Source: Camelus dromedarius (taxonomy: Eukaryota). From it: 64,000 nt of DNA. The notes beneath the pieces are model-generated. The model had not been told where the DNA came from. It searched no databases and was given only the letters and a program-made list of their open reading frames with translations. Both the position numbers and the translations under genes were made by a program. Location of the stretch: contig NC_087437.1 of the NCBI RefSeq assembly GCF_036321535.1, positions 54,128,001 to 54,192,000 on the forward strand, given 5' to 3'. The first letter of the stretch is position 1. Each line of letters opens with the position of its first letter. This document shows positions 24,390 through 37,879 of the stretch, piece after piece.

Positions 24390-25690
24390 AAGTACATAAA
24401 ATTAGAATGGAACATCTTGTAGCCCCGTAAATAAGGAATTGCTAAAAAACTAGCAAGCAAACAAAAGCTACATCAATGGGGGGTATTTCAAAGAGACACT
24501 GGAGCCATCGGAAGAGCTTCTAATGGCCAAAACTGTAAAGTTTTGAGAAAAAAAAATTAAATTGAGTAATATTGGATTATAATTCAAAGTATAAAATAAA
24601 TATCCATCCATGAATCTATACTGATATAAAAATTGAATAAATTAATAAATGGGAGAAAAGAGACAATTCTTCCTAGCAGAATTCCAAATAACTTATGTAG
24701 ATAGATATTTTTGTAAATCCTACCCTCAAGGATGGGGAGGAGTGGATAATTCCTCTTTCCTTAAGTGTGAGCTATGCATAGTGACTTCCTTCCAAAGAGG
24801 AGAGTCAGTATGGGAAGGGAGGAAGGGAGGATGAAATAATTTTATGTGGAGAAACCTGACAAACACTACACCAGCCAAGTCATCAAGGTCAACCTTAGCA
24901 ATTATAAATCATGTTGATTTCATGTACCTTTGATATGAGATGATGGAAAAGGCTTTTTAGCTCTGTGGTCTTCCTCCCTTACCCCCTGCCTATTTATGAG
25001 AAGAGTATTAGACAAATTCCAACAGAGGAACATCCAACAGAATACTTCGCCAGTACTCCTCAGAACTGTCAAGGAAAGTCTGAGAAACTGCCACTGCCAG
25101 GAGTAGCCTAAGAAGATGTGACCTCTTAGTGTTAATGTAGTATCCCAGATGGGATTGTGGAACAGAAAAAGACGTAAGGCAAACCTAGATAAATCTGAAT
25201 AAATGAAGGAATTTAGCTAATAATATTGTATCAGTATTGTTTCATTAATTGTTACAAATGTGCCATATGGGGGAGAAAGGACACAACTGAACTTATTTAC
25301 AAAACAGAAACAAACTCACAGATACAGAAAACAAACTTACCACTATAGAGGGGAGAGGGGAGAAGGAATAAATTGGGGGTTCAGGATTTGCAGGTACTAA
25401 ATATTATATATAAAATAGATAAACAATAAGGACCTACTGTATAGCAAATAGAACTATACTCAGTACCTCGTAATAACCTATAATGAAAAAGAATATGAAA
25501 AGGAATATACATATGTGTGTGTATCGAATGAATAAATGAATCACAATGCTATATACCAGAAATTAACAGAACATTGTAAATTGACTACACTTCAATTTAA
25601 AAAAAGTACCGTACTAATATAAAATGTTGATAATACAAAAAACTGGGTACAGGGTTGTTCTCTGTACTATCTTTTCAATTTTTTGTTTAA
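24390..25690 (+). mobile_element. Old L1 3' region (L1MC/L1MD-like), interrupted by a younger L1
   Basis: Diagnostic stretches ttaagtgtgagctatgcatagtgacttccttccaaagag, gagaaacctgacaaacactac and ctctgtggtcttcctccc. Subfamily assigned from memory. Confidence 0.75.
25270..25606 (+). mobile_element. 5'-truncated younger artiodactyl L1 3' end
   Basis: gaacttatttacaaaacagaaacaaactcacaga...tatataaaatagataaacaataaggacctactgtatagc...cattgtaaattgactacacttcaatttaaaaaaa. Same family as the pieces at ~31640 and ~35705. Confidence 0.85.
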
Positions 25691-28600
25691 AAAATATTTT
25701 TGAAAAAAAAATTGGGGGAAAGGGTTTTGTTTCTTTATTTCAGTACCAGAAATCTCCAAAAGGTGATCCAGGTCCCTTTTGAAATCTGGGGGAACCTGCA
25801 TTTATTCCTTTAGTTTACTAAATTGAAAGCAATTTAGCTAATTTCTGTGTCACCATCTGGACAAAGAACTGTCAGGAGAACGCTAGGGAGGCACCAAAGG
25901 CCAAATGTTGTCATGGTGGTAGATGACCCAGGCCACCTCATTAATCTGCTTACTCCACATTTCTTTCTGAAAACTCTGCAGGGAAACAAGGCTTTGAAAG
26001 ATCTAGCCATCAGTCCATATGGGATGTATAATACTTGCAGTTTCAGTACTGAGGTTGGGGGAGCCCCAAGAGCTTCATAGAATGTCTGGTTTTTCACTGT
26101 ACAACTCCAATAGAACTGTGGGTCTCATCAGAGTTCAACTCTGGGTCTAGAGAAGAACAGCTGGCTGGCCCCCACAACTCTATGTTTGTCTTCATTATTA
26201 ATATGACCCCACCATCTAAACCAGAAAAATCCAGAGAGGAAATGGTTTGCCCAGACCATCCCGCACATTAGTAGTAGATTTCCATCAACCAGTCCACCTT
26301 GAATCATTTATTTTAGTAAACTCACTTTAGTAAACTGAGGACTGCTATTACATTGATATATATTATTTCAGATATGCCTCATCCATTTCTAACCAATTGT
26401 CAGTTACCCATGGTGGCCAGTTCCAGTGCTGTACTGAATTTTAAGTGTCTCTTTCTTCTTTCCCTTCACCTTTTCCCACTTGTATCAACTTCTCTGCCAA
26501 ATGGTTATAAGATCTTTGAACCAACACTTATATTCACTATGGAGGCTGACATTTAAACAATTCTTGGTGAAATGCGGTGAGACTGAATCCTACCCTACTC
26601 CATGACTCTCAGCAATCTGTTTGATTGCATGTCTCAAGAATCATAAACATAGTCATCTGGACAAAGTAAATTCTACTTCTTGGAATTTATCTTCAAGATG
26701 CAATTCAACTTATAGGGGGAAAAAAAACTTTGACTGAGTACACGTATCCAAGCGTTATATCTAACAACATAAAAGTTGAATAACATACATGTCCCATCAT
26801 GACTGGGCTGGGGGCAAGGGTGTTGGGTGGAGAAAAGTTGAATAAATTATAATACGACTAATTTTTAAAAATTAGAATTGGAAAATGTTTATGGTATCAG
26901 ATAAAGTAAAAATAAGTAGGATTACATATAAAATTATTTGTATGTATTATATGTAATCCTACTTCATACATGTATAGGATATATATTTTATATATAATAT
27001 ATGTAATAGTATATTTATAGCTATGTTTAAAAATACTCTACATAAAAATTAGTCTGGGTATAAATAAAAGTGCACAATTAACAACAACAACGAAATTATT
27101 GACATTGTCTGTCTTAGGGTAGTAGATTATGGATGCTTTTTTTCTCCTTTATTCTTTGTCTTCCAAATTGTGTAATGTTGATATATTAGTTTAATATCTA
27201 TCTATCTAACTCACAAGCACACACTCAAGACACTGAAAAGCCCTAAGTAAAGTCTTTTAAGTGCAAGCAATTAGTCCTCTAATTCACAGACTGGAATGTT
27301 TGACCTCCACATCTTCAGGGCCTACAGCAAAAGTGAGAACTGCCCACTCTCTCTTGGAGAAGACCTTTCATTCAGGGAGACACGTGTCTCCACACCAATA
27401 AAACATGACCGTTCTGAACACATTGACCCTAACAAGATTAAACAGACCCTGTAAACCTGTGATCTATCCCCGCCCCCTTCCTCTAGGTGTGCTTATCTTG
27501 TTTGTTGGTGTCTCACGGCATTTGCAAATGTCAGAGGGTTTCCTGGTTACTTTGCTCTCTCTGTGAGGCCACCCAGGAGCTCTCCTGGTAAATAGACCTT
27601 CTCTGAGATCCTTCTGGGACTACAGGGGATCTGTTCATGGTTCTTATAACATGTTTGACTAGGGAATTCTAAGGAAGACAATTAAAAAAAATTACATCAT
27701 TTTTTTTTTCTTCAAAGAATCACAAGGCTGTTAGGAACTTTGGTGGGGTTAGGGAGTGCCTGTACCATTGTTTGAATGTCTGGTTCTCAGGAAAGAGCAT
27801 GGGGGTGGGCATCAGGAACTAGGAGGTGAGGTAAGGACCACAGTTCTGATAAGCCCCTCTTCCTTTAAGCCGCCGATGGGATTGCTCATGCTCAGCTTCC
27901 GCATTCACACAACACCCAGTTCATCAGCAGTCTCGTGGGAGAGACGATGTGCTAGATGCTGGGGAAACAAGTGTAAATACAACAGGGGACTCTGACCCCA
28001 GAGGGCATGAGTCTACTGAGGAAACAGAAGCCCAGAAACATGCCAAAACTTGCTTTAGGTCGTGCAAGAGGTAGTCCACTTGCCAGGCTGGGCCCCAGAC
28101 TTCCTGATTCTGAGCTGAATAAAACTCTCTGGTTTCTTCTCAGGAGCTGTGTCCCACCTCCCACCTCCCACCTCAACACCAGTGTGAGGCATCGACTCCC
28201 TTCTTTGGGCAGGTCCACTCTCTGAGTTTTTCATCCGGTATTGATCAGAACAGGACATAGCCCAGCTGCCTCAGTGTACCATCCAGTAATACCCACTACC
28301 CAAGACGGACAGGCCCGCGAGAGCCTGGGGCATGCAGGGTCCCCGCTGTGTCCTCCACCACCATCACTGGTTGGCTCAGCCTTCAGACCAGAGCTTGGCC
28401 TGGGTTCTGACTTTTCTATCTTCATGTGCCTGAAGGGTTCTACCAGGAGCAGACAGGCCACCCAGCATCATGCTATTCCAAAGCACACAGCCTCAAGTAA
28501 CAACCACAGTCTGGACACCAGGACCCAGCACCAGCTTTAACAGGATCTGGACCCCTAATACATCCTGATGCCTACTCAGCTAAGCCCAGGCTTACTCCAA

Positions 28601-31079
28601 CCCTCTGGGTATCCCATACCTTTGATGATACACTAACAGGTGATCTATGCAGGTGCCAGCGCTGCATCCAGACCTGTTTCCATAGCACCCTAGTTCCTAA
28701 GGCCCAGCCTGCCTCAGGGTTGGGCCTATGTGCCAGGAGTAGTAACCATTTCTATTCTGTGGCCGGACAGTGATGAGTTGGATATAAAAATGGCACATGC
28801 ATAAAACCACCAAAGTTTTGGCAGTCTTAAAATTAGTTGGAAATACAGCTGCTTCTGGTGTCTAAACAGCAAGGTTGCTAAGAACAACCCTACCCTTTAG
28901 AAACACCAGTACTGAAAAGCCAGTAGAATGCTCAAAAGAAAATGGAACAGAGAAAGATTAATAATGCCATTAATAAAGGGCATAGTTTGGGAAGATATAC
29001 TGAGAAGATTTGACAATGGTGATGGTCGGCCATGAAATCAAGCTCTTTAGACCCTCAGATTTCTTTCCAGTTTCGTCTCCTAAACAGCTTTCTACCCCAG
29101 ACTCTCAGCATTCTCCAAGGAACCCAGCACTTACCTCCACTCCACACCCGGGCCTTGATGTCTGCCTTCCTCTGACAGGCTAGAAGCTCCTCAAAGACAA
29201 GAGTACTTCATTTTTGTTGTATTAGACTTGTGTCCAGCACATGGCACTAACTTAGGAAATCTTGATTGAATTAAAGTAGGTAGAACTGAAAGAGAATTCA
29301 CTGTGAAGTCTGACGATCTGGGTTCCAGTTAAAGTTCCACAACTGTCTAACTTCTGTGAGTCTCAGTTTCTTGTTCTCTAAAATGGTAATTTCTGTTATG
29401 GGACTGCATCGCAGGATTCCCGTGAGAATCAAGTACATTTGGAAAGGAAAGTACTTTGAAAATGATCATGTGCATTTCAAAGTGGTTGTTGAACACTGAG
29501 AGAATGGACAAACTAATAAGTGAACCATCACAGTGAAGTGAAGCCGTCAGGTTATTCCATTACTGATTCTGGGACCCAGATTATATCTGGGGACCAATGT
29601 CTTTGAGGCTCCAGTCTTGACTTTGTAACCATCCTTAGACATGTTATTTCACTTCCCCAAATATTTTAACCCTTTCAGTACAGGAAGACATAAGTTATAG
29701 CTAAGGATTCATACTGATCCAAAAAGAATAAAAAAGATCATCAGAAAGTCTTGATATTCTTGAAATGCAGAATTGGAAATGAACCATTTCCCAGTAGTGG
29801 GAACTGAAATCCAGTATTAGATCCTCCTTCTTGGTACCTTCTTCCTCTTTCTCCTCTTTCTACCTTAGACCCTCCCTACCCCTCCCCTGCACCCAAATGG
29901 AACAAATCCTTTGTTTTGAGCTAACTTTAGTCTTAGAAAAAGGTATAAACAAAGTGCAAACTTCTCATGGCTGTTTTCTAGGATCAACAAGGTGGATTTC
30001 TATATATTGTTCAAGTCCTTCAGTTGATGGGTGAGTTACTCAAACAGGGAGGGAGGATAACTTTGTACCAAAGGCCTGACCCAAATGACAGGAAGAATCT
30101 TGGACCGACTTCGTCCCGCTAATAGAATCCATGCATCAGTCTATCCCTCCTGTCTCTGCAACAAATGCAGAGCAGATCCCACCAACGGTAAATATGAAAA
30201 GGTAAATAGGGGGTAAATACACAGTAGCATAAAAAGGGATTAGGAGCAGGTTGGTCTTGATAGGGAAGAGGGGAGCAAATACGAGCATGGGTGCTGGAGA
30301 GGAGGTAAGGGCTTCACTCCAGTAGCAGAACAAGGCGATGGTTAAGCAGATGAAGCAACGGGCCTCTGTCAGAGGTATTAAAAAACAAAGCAAAACAACT
30401 ACTCAAAAGTCCGTGTCCCACTTCCTGCAATCTATAACAATAGGCGCTTAAAAGGAACAAAGCACCCAGTGGACTCAGCAGAAACAGGAGCACGATAATC
30501 TCCAAAGGGGCCAGGGCGTGCGTGGCAGCGGCAAGAGCAGATTCCCTAGAATCGGGAGCACCTTTGCCCGCTTTTGCCAGTTCTGCCAGTGCCATGCCCA
30601 TGATCAACAGCTCATTTATTTTTGGATTCCTAGAGGTGGAAAGAAGAGAACACTGGATATACATGGCATTAAAAAAGAAAAAACTCTCCAACAACATGGA
30701 ATAATGTCCAAGCTGTACAAGGGTAACCACCTCTCCCATATAGTTCCTTTTTGTCCCCCTTTCTACCCCATCCTGCCTCCAACACTGCTCACCCAACACA
30801 ACACTGGAAGCCTAATTCCTGCACAAAGTGAAATGTGTCTAAGGGGAGCAAAGCCAAGGAACTTGTAACACCAAGATATTTCCTTTAACAACGCTGAAAA
30901 CTGGGAAGGGTCAGTAAGGAAATGGAGGGGTGCTCCAAGACACTAAGGGTTAGGAACTAAAAAGACTGATGAAACAGAAAATATTCAACTATGTTTCCCT
31001 ATGTTACCAGCCGTTTGGTTGGACTTTTCAGCAAAGAATAAACATATGTTGTTATTTTCAAGTCCTATCAATATGCAGC

Positions 31080-32115
31080 CACGAAAGTTATGATTTGAGC
31101 ACCTACTATGTGCTAAGCACCAGGCTAGACTTTGCATATACAAAGAACAATCACAGACCTGCTCCCGGAGGAGCCTGTAGTCTAGTTGAGGAGATAAGCA
31201 TTGTAAGCCAATCCACAGACAAGGATGTGTGATGAATTATGGTAACTGAGATACAGGAAAAAATGAGGTGCTGTGAGGTGGAGGAAGAATGTAATTTACC
31301 TAATGTACAGGCCCCTCTATTAAAGTCACGTTTAAGCTGAGATCTGAAAAAACAATATGGGTCATCCAGGCCAAGAGTGAGGGCGAAAGTGTGCTGGACA
31401 GAGGGAACAGAGGTCAATAACCCTAAAGGGGGTAGAAACATGGCAGGTGCAGAGGCCAGATAGAAGACAGCACAGTACAAACGGAGAGAGTAGTAGATGA
31501 ATTTGGAAGGAGGGTCAGGAGCTGGACCTTTAAGCTTTTTAGGAAGGGTGAGGCCATGATCTGATTTATATTTTAAGAAAAGCACCGCAGCTGTTGTGTG
31601 GAAGATAACTTAGAAAGAAGCATGAGGAGCTTCTTTAGGACTAAATCACTGTGCTGTACACCAGAAATGAACCAACACTGTAAACCAACTATGCTTCAAT
31701 TAAAAAGAAAGAGGGAGGAGTCCTGGGACTAGGGAGGAGCAGTGTAGGCGGTGAGGTACGGGAAGACTTGAGACATACTTTGAAGGTAGAATTGACAAGA
31801 TTGAAAGAAAGATTGGATTGAGCAGGAGCGGGTAGTGAAGGAGAGAGGAGTATCAAGAAAGTTTCCGCTTTAAGCAATTGGATGGATGTGTTTCTATTTA
31901 CTGAGTTAGAAACACTGCAAAGGAGAAGTTTGCAGGGGATTTGGGGGAATTGCTGGCAATAAAGAACTCAGTTTTGAACAGGGTGTGTTGGAGATGTCTC
32001 CCAGGCAGGTGTCAGAGTAGGCAGTTGGGTATTTGAGACCTGATCTCAAAAGAGATGTCTGGTTTGGAGACATCAATCTGGGATTCATCAAAATAGAGGT
32101 AGTATTTGATGTGAG
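31080..32115 (-). mobile_element. L2 LINE fragment
   Basis: ttgagcacctactatgtgctaagcac...agctgagatctgaa...ttgaaggtagaattgacaag...ctcagttttgaacagggtgtgttggagatgtc, typical of antisense L2. Confidence 0.7.
31639..31707 (+). mobile_element. Extremely truncated L1 3' terminus inside an L2
   Basis: gactaaatcactgtgctgtacaccagaaatgaaccaacactgtaaaccaactatgcttcaattaaaaa aligns by eye with 25537-25606. Confidence 0.75.
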
Positions 32116-33334
32116 AAAGAAAGATTGGTTTTTATATCAGACCAGGTGTTTAAAAATAAAATTAAAAAAGAGTCAACATGAAGTGGTCCTTAGAAATACT
32201 CCAGTCCAAGCTCATTTCTCAACTGATAGCAAAATTGGGAGCTAAAGTGAAGCCATTGGTGGAAGTGGAGTTAATAGGAGATTAGGTCTCCCCTTTGGGC
32301 CAGCACTTTTTTTGTTTTACAGTGTTTTATCAACGTTTAATATCAAAATGGTTGAGATTAAGAAATCTATTGAGATGTAATCCTATGGATGTGGCTTATG
32401 GTGTCACCTCTCTTATTTTTTATTTTATATGTGCTGTGTGTAAACCACCACATCCTCATAACTAACTTGCTCCCCTCTTCCTTTTGGTGGCTTAGAGCCT
32501 TCTCTGCTGGTTCCCTAGTTATTGAAAAGAAGGTGCAGTCATCCCAAATGAACATACCTGGGCAATTTTATCAAGGAGGCCCACGCCTTCGAGTAGTGAC
32601 TGAGCTGCTGAAGGCGCACTCCTGTGCACATCCCTCCTACCCAGCTTTGCACCCAGGGCCTCTGTAATCACTTAGTAATAGGAATGTCTCTCTTCTTGAA
32701 TGTGAGTGCCGGGAGGTCAGAAGCTACTTTTACTTTCCCTGGTATGTATCTTAATCTAGCCCTTATTAGATGATAAGTCACTTACTTTCCTAATGTATGT
32801 TTTGAATGAGAGGGACCCAATAAACTGAAACCTTTCACTGGACTTACTGTACCTTTAGTTATCTTTCTATGCTTCCAAGTAAACACATTTACTATATGTC
32901 AGGTATGGGGCTTAATGTTATAAATGTGTTCGGTCTTTAAAATACAGGTTTCACGTAAAGGTTGCTGTTAGCTATTGTCCAGTATATATAGGTTTATTCG
33001 CCTGCCTACATTTGCATACTTCCTGTCCAATACAGCAAATATTTGATGTGCATCAACCAAGTGTACAGAGGCAAAAGAAGTCTCGGTCGCTCAGGGCTAT
33101 AGGCCAGTGCAGGAGAGAGATGGCAGTTTACACAGAAGCGGTGGCCAGGGCTGTCACTGAGCTACAACCAGTATACTTCAGCTGAATACGGGGCTATGAC
33201 TGGTTCAGACTAAGAGATCTAAAAACATTTCTTAGAGGGGTGGAGTTTGAACACAATAATAAAATAATGCAAAGTAAAGAACATATCCATCAAAATAATA
33301 AACAAATCTTTGACCTAATCAGAGCTAACATATG

Positions 33335-33560
33335 TATCAGCCTTAATACATACTGACCTAAGTACTTCAAACTTGTGAGCTTATTTACTCAGAGCAACAT
33401 TATAGGATGGAGGGGCGAGTGTTGTTATCCTCGCTTTACAGATGAGAAACCAGAGCGCAAAGAGTAACTTGCCTAAGGTCAAACAGCTCACAAACAGCAG
33501 AGAGGGGCGTTTGAACCCTCACCATGTAAGTCTTTGCTGTTAGCCATTATGCTCTCCTGA
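33335..33560 (-). mobile_element. MIR SINE
   Basis: ttatcctcgctttacagatgagaaaccagag...taacttgcctaaggtcaaacagct. Confidence 0.75.
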
Positions 33561-34050
33561 CTTATGAATGAAGGTTAGGGCGTCAACATTCAGCTTAGAA
33601 GAAGAGGAGGTGTGGGGAAGGAGGGCATTTCAGACAGAGAAGAGCTGAAAAAAGTGGCACAGAGATTAGGTATACACCTAATCATGCTTTATCTAGCCTA
33701 GAAAGCTGTCTAGTTTGCAAAGAACTTTCTCAGCCATTCTTTAAAATATGCTTCTCATTTTGACCCTGTGAAGCATGCTGTGATTATTACTTCAATTAGA
33801 GAGATGAGGAAATTGGGACTCAAGATGGGAAGGCACCAGCTGGGCTAGTGAGCTGCAGCGTGAAGTTCAAAACCCAGTCATTTAACTTCAGACCAGTGCC
33901 TTCTCCCATGTTGTCGTATTAACAATGAAATACATGCATTGCGCCTGGTTCTGAGCAAGGCTCTGAGCTAGCCTGTTCATATATGTTCTAATTTCATCCC
34001 CACAATGGCCCTGAGAGGTAGGTATTATTGCATTTTAAAAGAGGAAACAA

Positions 34051-34196
34051 GGTGGGGAGGCTTTAGCTCAGTGGTAGAGCACATGCTTAGCATGCACAAG
34101 GCCCTGGGTTCAATCCCCAGTACCTCCACTAAATTAAAGCAAAATGTTAATAAATAAACCGACTTACCTCTCCCCATGCCCCCCGAAAGAAACTCC
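34051..34196 (+). mobile_element. tRNA-derived SINE (Vic-1-like)
   Basis: Same A/B-box core. TSD TTAAAAGAGGAAA at 34035-34047 and 34197-34209, beginning with the L1 endonuclease motif TT/AAAA. Confidence 0.9.
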
Positions 34197-35704
34197 TTAA
34201 AAGAGGAAATAGTTCAATTCTGCCTCTACTTTTCATTTTCTTTTTGAGAATACTAATAATTTCCTATCTGGCGTGTTGGTTTTCTGGTTCATGCTTTGCC
34301 CACGCTTTGGTCCCTGGGAACCCCTGAGACCAGAGTATTACCTGTGCATGAGCACACACAGCTGCTCTAAAAATGGAAAATCCCAATTAATCTCTTTGCC
34401 AAAATCTTCCAGTCACTCCTGCATTTGGCCAACCTTTTTTGCGTGCTGAAAGTCAACATTTAAATATGAAACCTGGCTCAATTTCCAAAAATGTAATTGC
34501 ATTATTAGGAATTAGTTGAAACTAGGCTTTGTGAATCCATGAGGGGAAAGGCTGAGAACAAGGCTGACCAAATCCTCAAGGCTGGCCAGAAATTCAGTGC
34601 AATTGCTGAAATTCTTGATGTAATCTGGGACTTACTGGTTGGCAGTACCATCTCCAGCTCAGTGAGCACCCACTGTGTAGGACAGAGTTCTAGGCCCTCT
34701 GGGGGAAATATAAATTAGTGGCCAGAGAAAGAGACTGGCTGTACCATGGATCCAGTGACAAGTATGTCAAATGCCAAAGAAGGAGGATCAGGAAAGAGTC
34801 AATAAAAATTCACAGATATTCCCCCACGGCCTCAGGCAGCAAGGGCTGGATTCTCAAGCATCAACTTTGTTTGTACATGTTCAGTCCGAGAATTAGGTAG
34901 GGAAGATTCCTGTGTTCAGTCCTGTTGCCTTCCAGATTTGATTAAGGCTCATAGGCGAGTCATGACCTCAGCCTTGAATGGCAACTTCGGAAAAAAACAA
35001 CAAAAAAATAGAGAGAAGATGACTAAATCTTTTAGTGCAAGAGGAGGGGGATGGATGGAGTGAAAATTCGGAAGTTTCCACTTGTGTTTAACGCTGTTGT
35101 TAAGCCTTTTAGAAGAGTCTTTCCAGCAAGCTGGATGCCAAAGCAGTGGTCTGAGATCATTTCTCTCCATGACTCTTGCCTGTTTGCTCATTTACAAAAG
35201 GGGAAAGCAATGGCTCCCTCACAGGTAAGTCTTCAGACCAGTGCCTGAAGGATTTTGAGGATTAAATGTGGTAAAGCACAGAAAATGGCTCATTAACATA
35301 AATGTGTAGAAAATAGACAATTTGATATACCGTCTAGCTATCCCAGCCACCTGTTAAAAAATAGGACTAGACTCATTTAATGGAAACTTAGAAATTATCT
35401 GATCCAACACCTGAATGTGGTGGATGAGAAGAGAGAAGGCTAAGTGCCTTGCCCAAGGATGCAGAGGAAGTTAGAGGTTGGGGGAGGCTTTATGGGTTGG
35501 GGGGAGTGAGATACTGTGGGCTCTGCTGAGCTCCTTGTGACCTAATCTAATTTAATACTGATGGGAGACATAGGTAGGGGTCTTCACTGCAGAAACCAAG
35601 AACCAGAGGTTCCAAATGAAAATAGTTTCCCTGAGATCAAAGAGCTAAAAGCAGATGAGGGGTATTCAGCCCCTGTTAGAGTTCAATACAAAGCCCAAGC
35701 TCTT

Positions 35705-35855
35705 TTTTTGTTTTGTTTTAATTTTATTTTATTGAGTTGTAATCAGTTTACAGTGTTGTGTCAGTTTCCAGTGTTGCGAGGGGGAGGAGGGTGGGAGGGG
35801 ACAGACTGGGAGTTCGAAATTTGTGGATACTGACAGGTGTATGTAGAATAGACAA
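35705..35855 (-). mobile_element. Short L1 insertion with 5' inversion
   Basis: Minus-oriented L1 tail plus a plus-oriented internal 3'UTR piece, bounded by the perfect TSD ACAAAGCCCAAGCTCTT (35688-35704 and 35856-35872). Confidence 0.85.
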
Positions 35856-37879
35856 ACAAAGCCCAAGCTCTTGACCTTGCCCCATCTTGGCAGGGTTTCG
35901 GCAAACTTGCAAAAACCCATTTTTCAGGGTTTCAGGGCACCTTCAGAAAACGGTGGTGGCAAGGGGTTCTTATTTTTTAAAAAGTCTGCCTATGCAGCTC
36001 TGTGTCACCCTCTCTAATGCAGCTCAGTTTTGCAAACTGAAATGGCTAAGTGCACTGGATTCCTCAGACTTCCTTCGCCCCTAACACTCTAACTAGTGCT
36101 TCACACTAATGAAAAAATGGTCCTCCTTTGCCTCCAAATCCAAGTAGTTCTTCCCTATAGGATCACTTCTTTAAAATCATCTGTATATATTTCTTATGGT
36201 TATCTGAGGCCAATCCAAAGAGATATGCCTCCCATTTCCTTCCACCAGCACCCAGTAGGTGCCTAGTACACCTTCTGGTGGCCCCAGTATCCATCCACCT
36301 GTACATTCATTACTCACCCAAGTGAATTTACATACATAATTACCAAAATCACACCTGTCACCATACGTGGTACTCATGCACGTGAAGATGCCTGCACATG
36401 TAAACAGAGTGGACGTGGACTAAGCCCCATGATGTGGTCAGTAACAGGCACGTTGCACAGAAGTGTCCCCAGTGAAAATCTAGACTGGATCACGAATCCT
36501 TCAAAAAAAATCATGGCATTTCTTATACCACTGTTTTTTAAAAAAATTTCTGATGCTTAGAAAGACCAGAGGGTATTGCTATGAGCAATATTATTCTTAT
36601 GCTCTATCGAAAATTTAGCTCAAAACCCTGGTTTCTTCTAAATTGTTACCGTATACTGCCATGAGAAAACAGTCATAGCACAAGGCAGCGGCTTAGAGAA
36701 GGGTTTAGATTCACAGGTGGCAAACGGACCTGCCTTTTCACTTTTAGAATTATATTTAATAGCTCAGAGTCTGCTATCTGTCTGGACCCCTGATGTTAGA
36801 CTCGTGTATTATTCACTTGCCCAAATTCAGGTGATTGAGACTGTTGGCTACTGAATTCATTCCATCAAGATCTCTGAAAAGACAGCCTGTGGAAAGAGAC
36901 AGACTCTGGAAACAGAGCTAGTTTCTTCCGGCTCTGACACCAAATATGCGTGTGACCCTGGGCAAGTTAACCTAACTTCCCTGAGCCTTGGTTTTCTCAT
37001 CACTAAAGAAGAGGGGAATAATACCCAACTCATGAATGTGTGTAAGGATGGACAGAGAAGTCATCCCCAGAACCTGGTGCACAGGGAACAACAGCAGTCA
37101 AGCGTGGCTCCACGCTCTTTGGCCTGAGCAACTGTAACAAATGGGATTGTTATTTACTAATAGCACACGCACTAAATAGCACCTTATTTGGACACTAGCC
37201 ACGTCCTCAGGAGGGTACATCTTCCAACCCCTCCTCCCCATGCCCCTCCCACATTCGAAAGCCCCGATGAAGGCCTTCTGAATGAGTCACCGATTTGGAG
37301 CACCCCCCTCCTTTCCTTGCCACGGAGGTAGATCATCTACATGTGAGTCTGAAAGATTACTTCAACGGCACGCTCATGCATTTCACTAATCCCCACTGCA
37401 ATCGCCCAGCTTTCCGAGTGAGAAGCACTTTCCCATCCTTCACCTTGTTTGATCTTCACAACAGCCCCGTAAGAACGCGAGCCAGTGTTGTTCCCCTTCT
37501 TTGGGAGATGAACCAGCAGAGAGTTACAGAGGTTAGGCGGCTCGTCCACGGTCACACCTCTAGATTTAGGTCAGTGACTCTGAATTCTATCCCTGAGATT
37601 TCTATTATACAAAGCAGCTGTGGGATTTTCCCTTTATACTAATAGACAATAGGAAGAAATAAATGCAGGAAGGTATATGCTGACAGAGAGTAAGTCCGTT
37701 AGTATGGTCCTTCCCATCCCCATGGGGCCCCACCTGGCCTTTGCCTGGTGCCTCTCTCCCCAGGCATTCCTTGCTCAGCCTCTGGTCACTCAGGTCCTCC
37801 CCATGGCTCAGAGCATCACTCAAACCCAGGCTCCTCAATGATGTCTCTGACCAACCCCCCACCCATTTTTTTTCATCTG

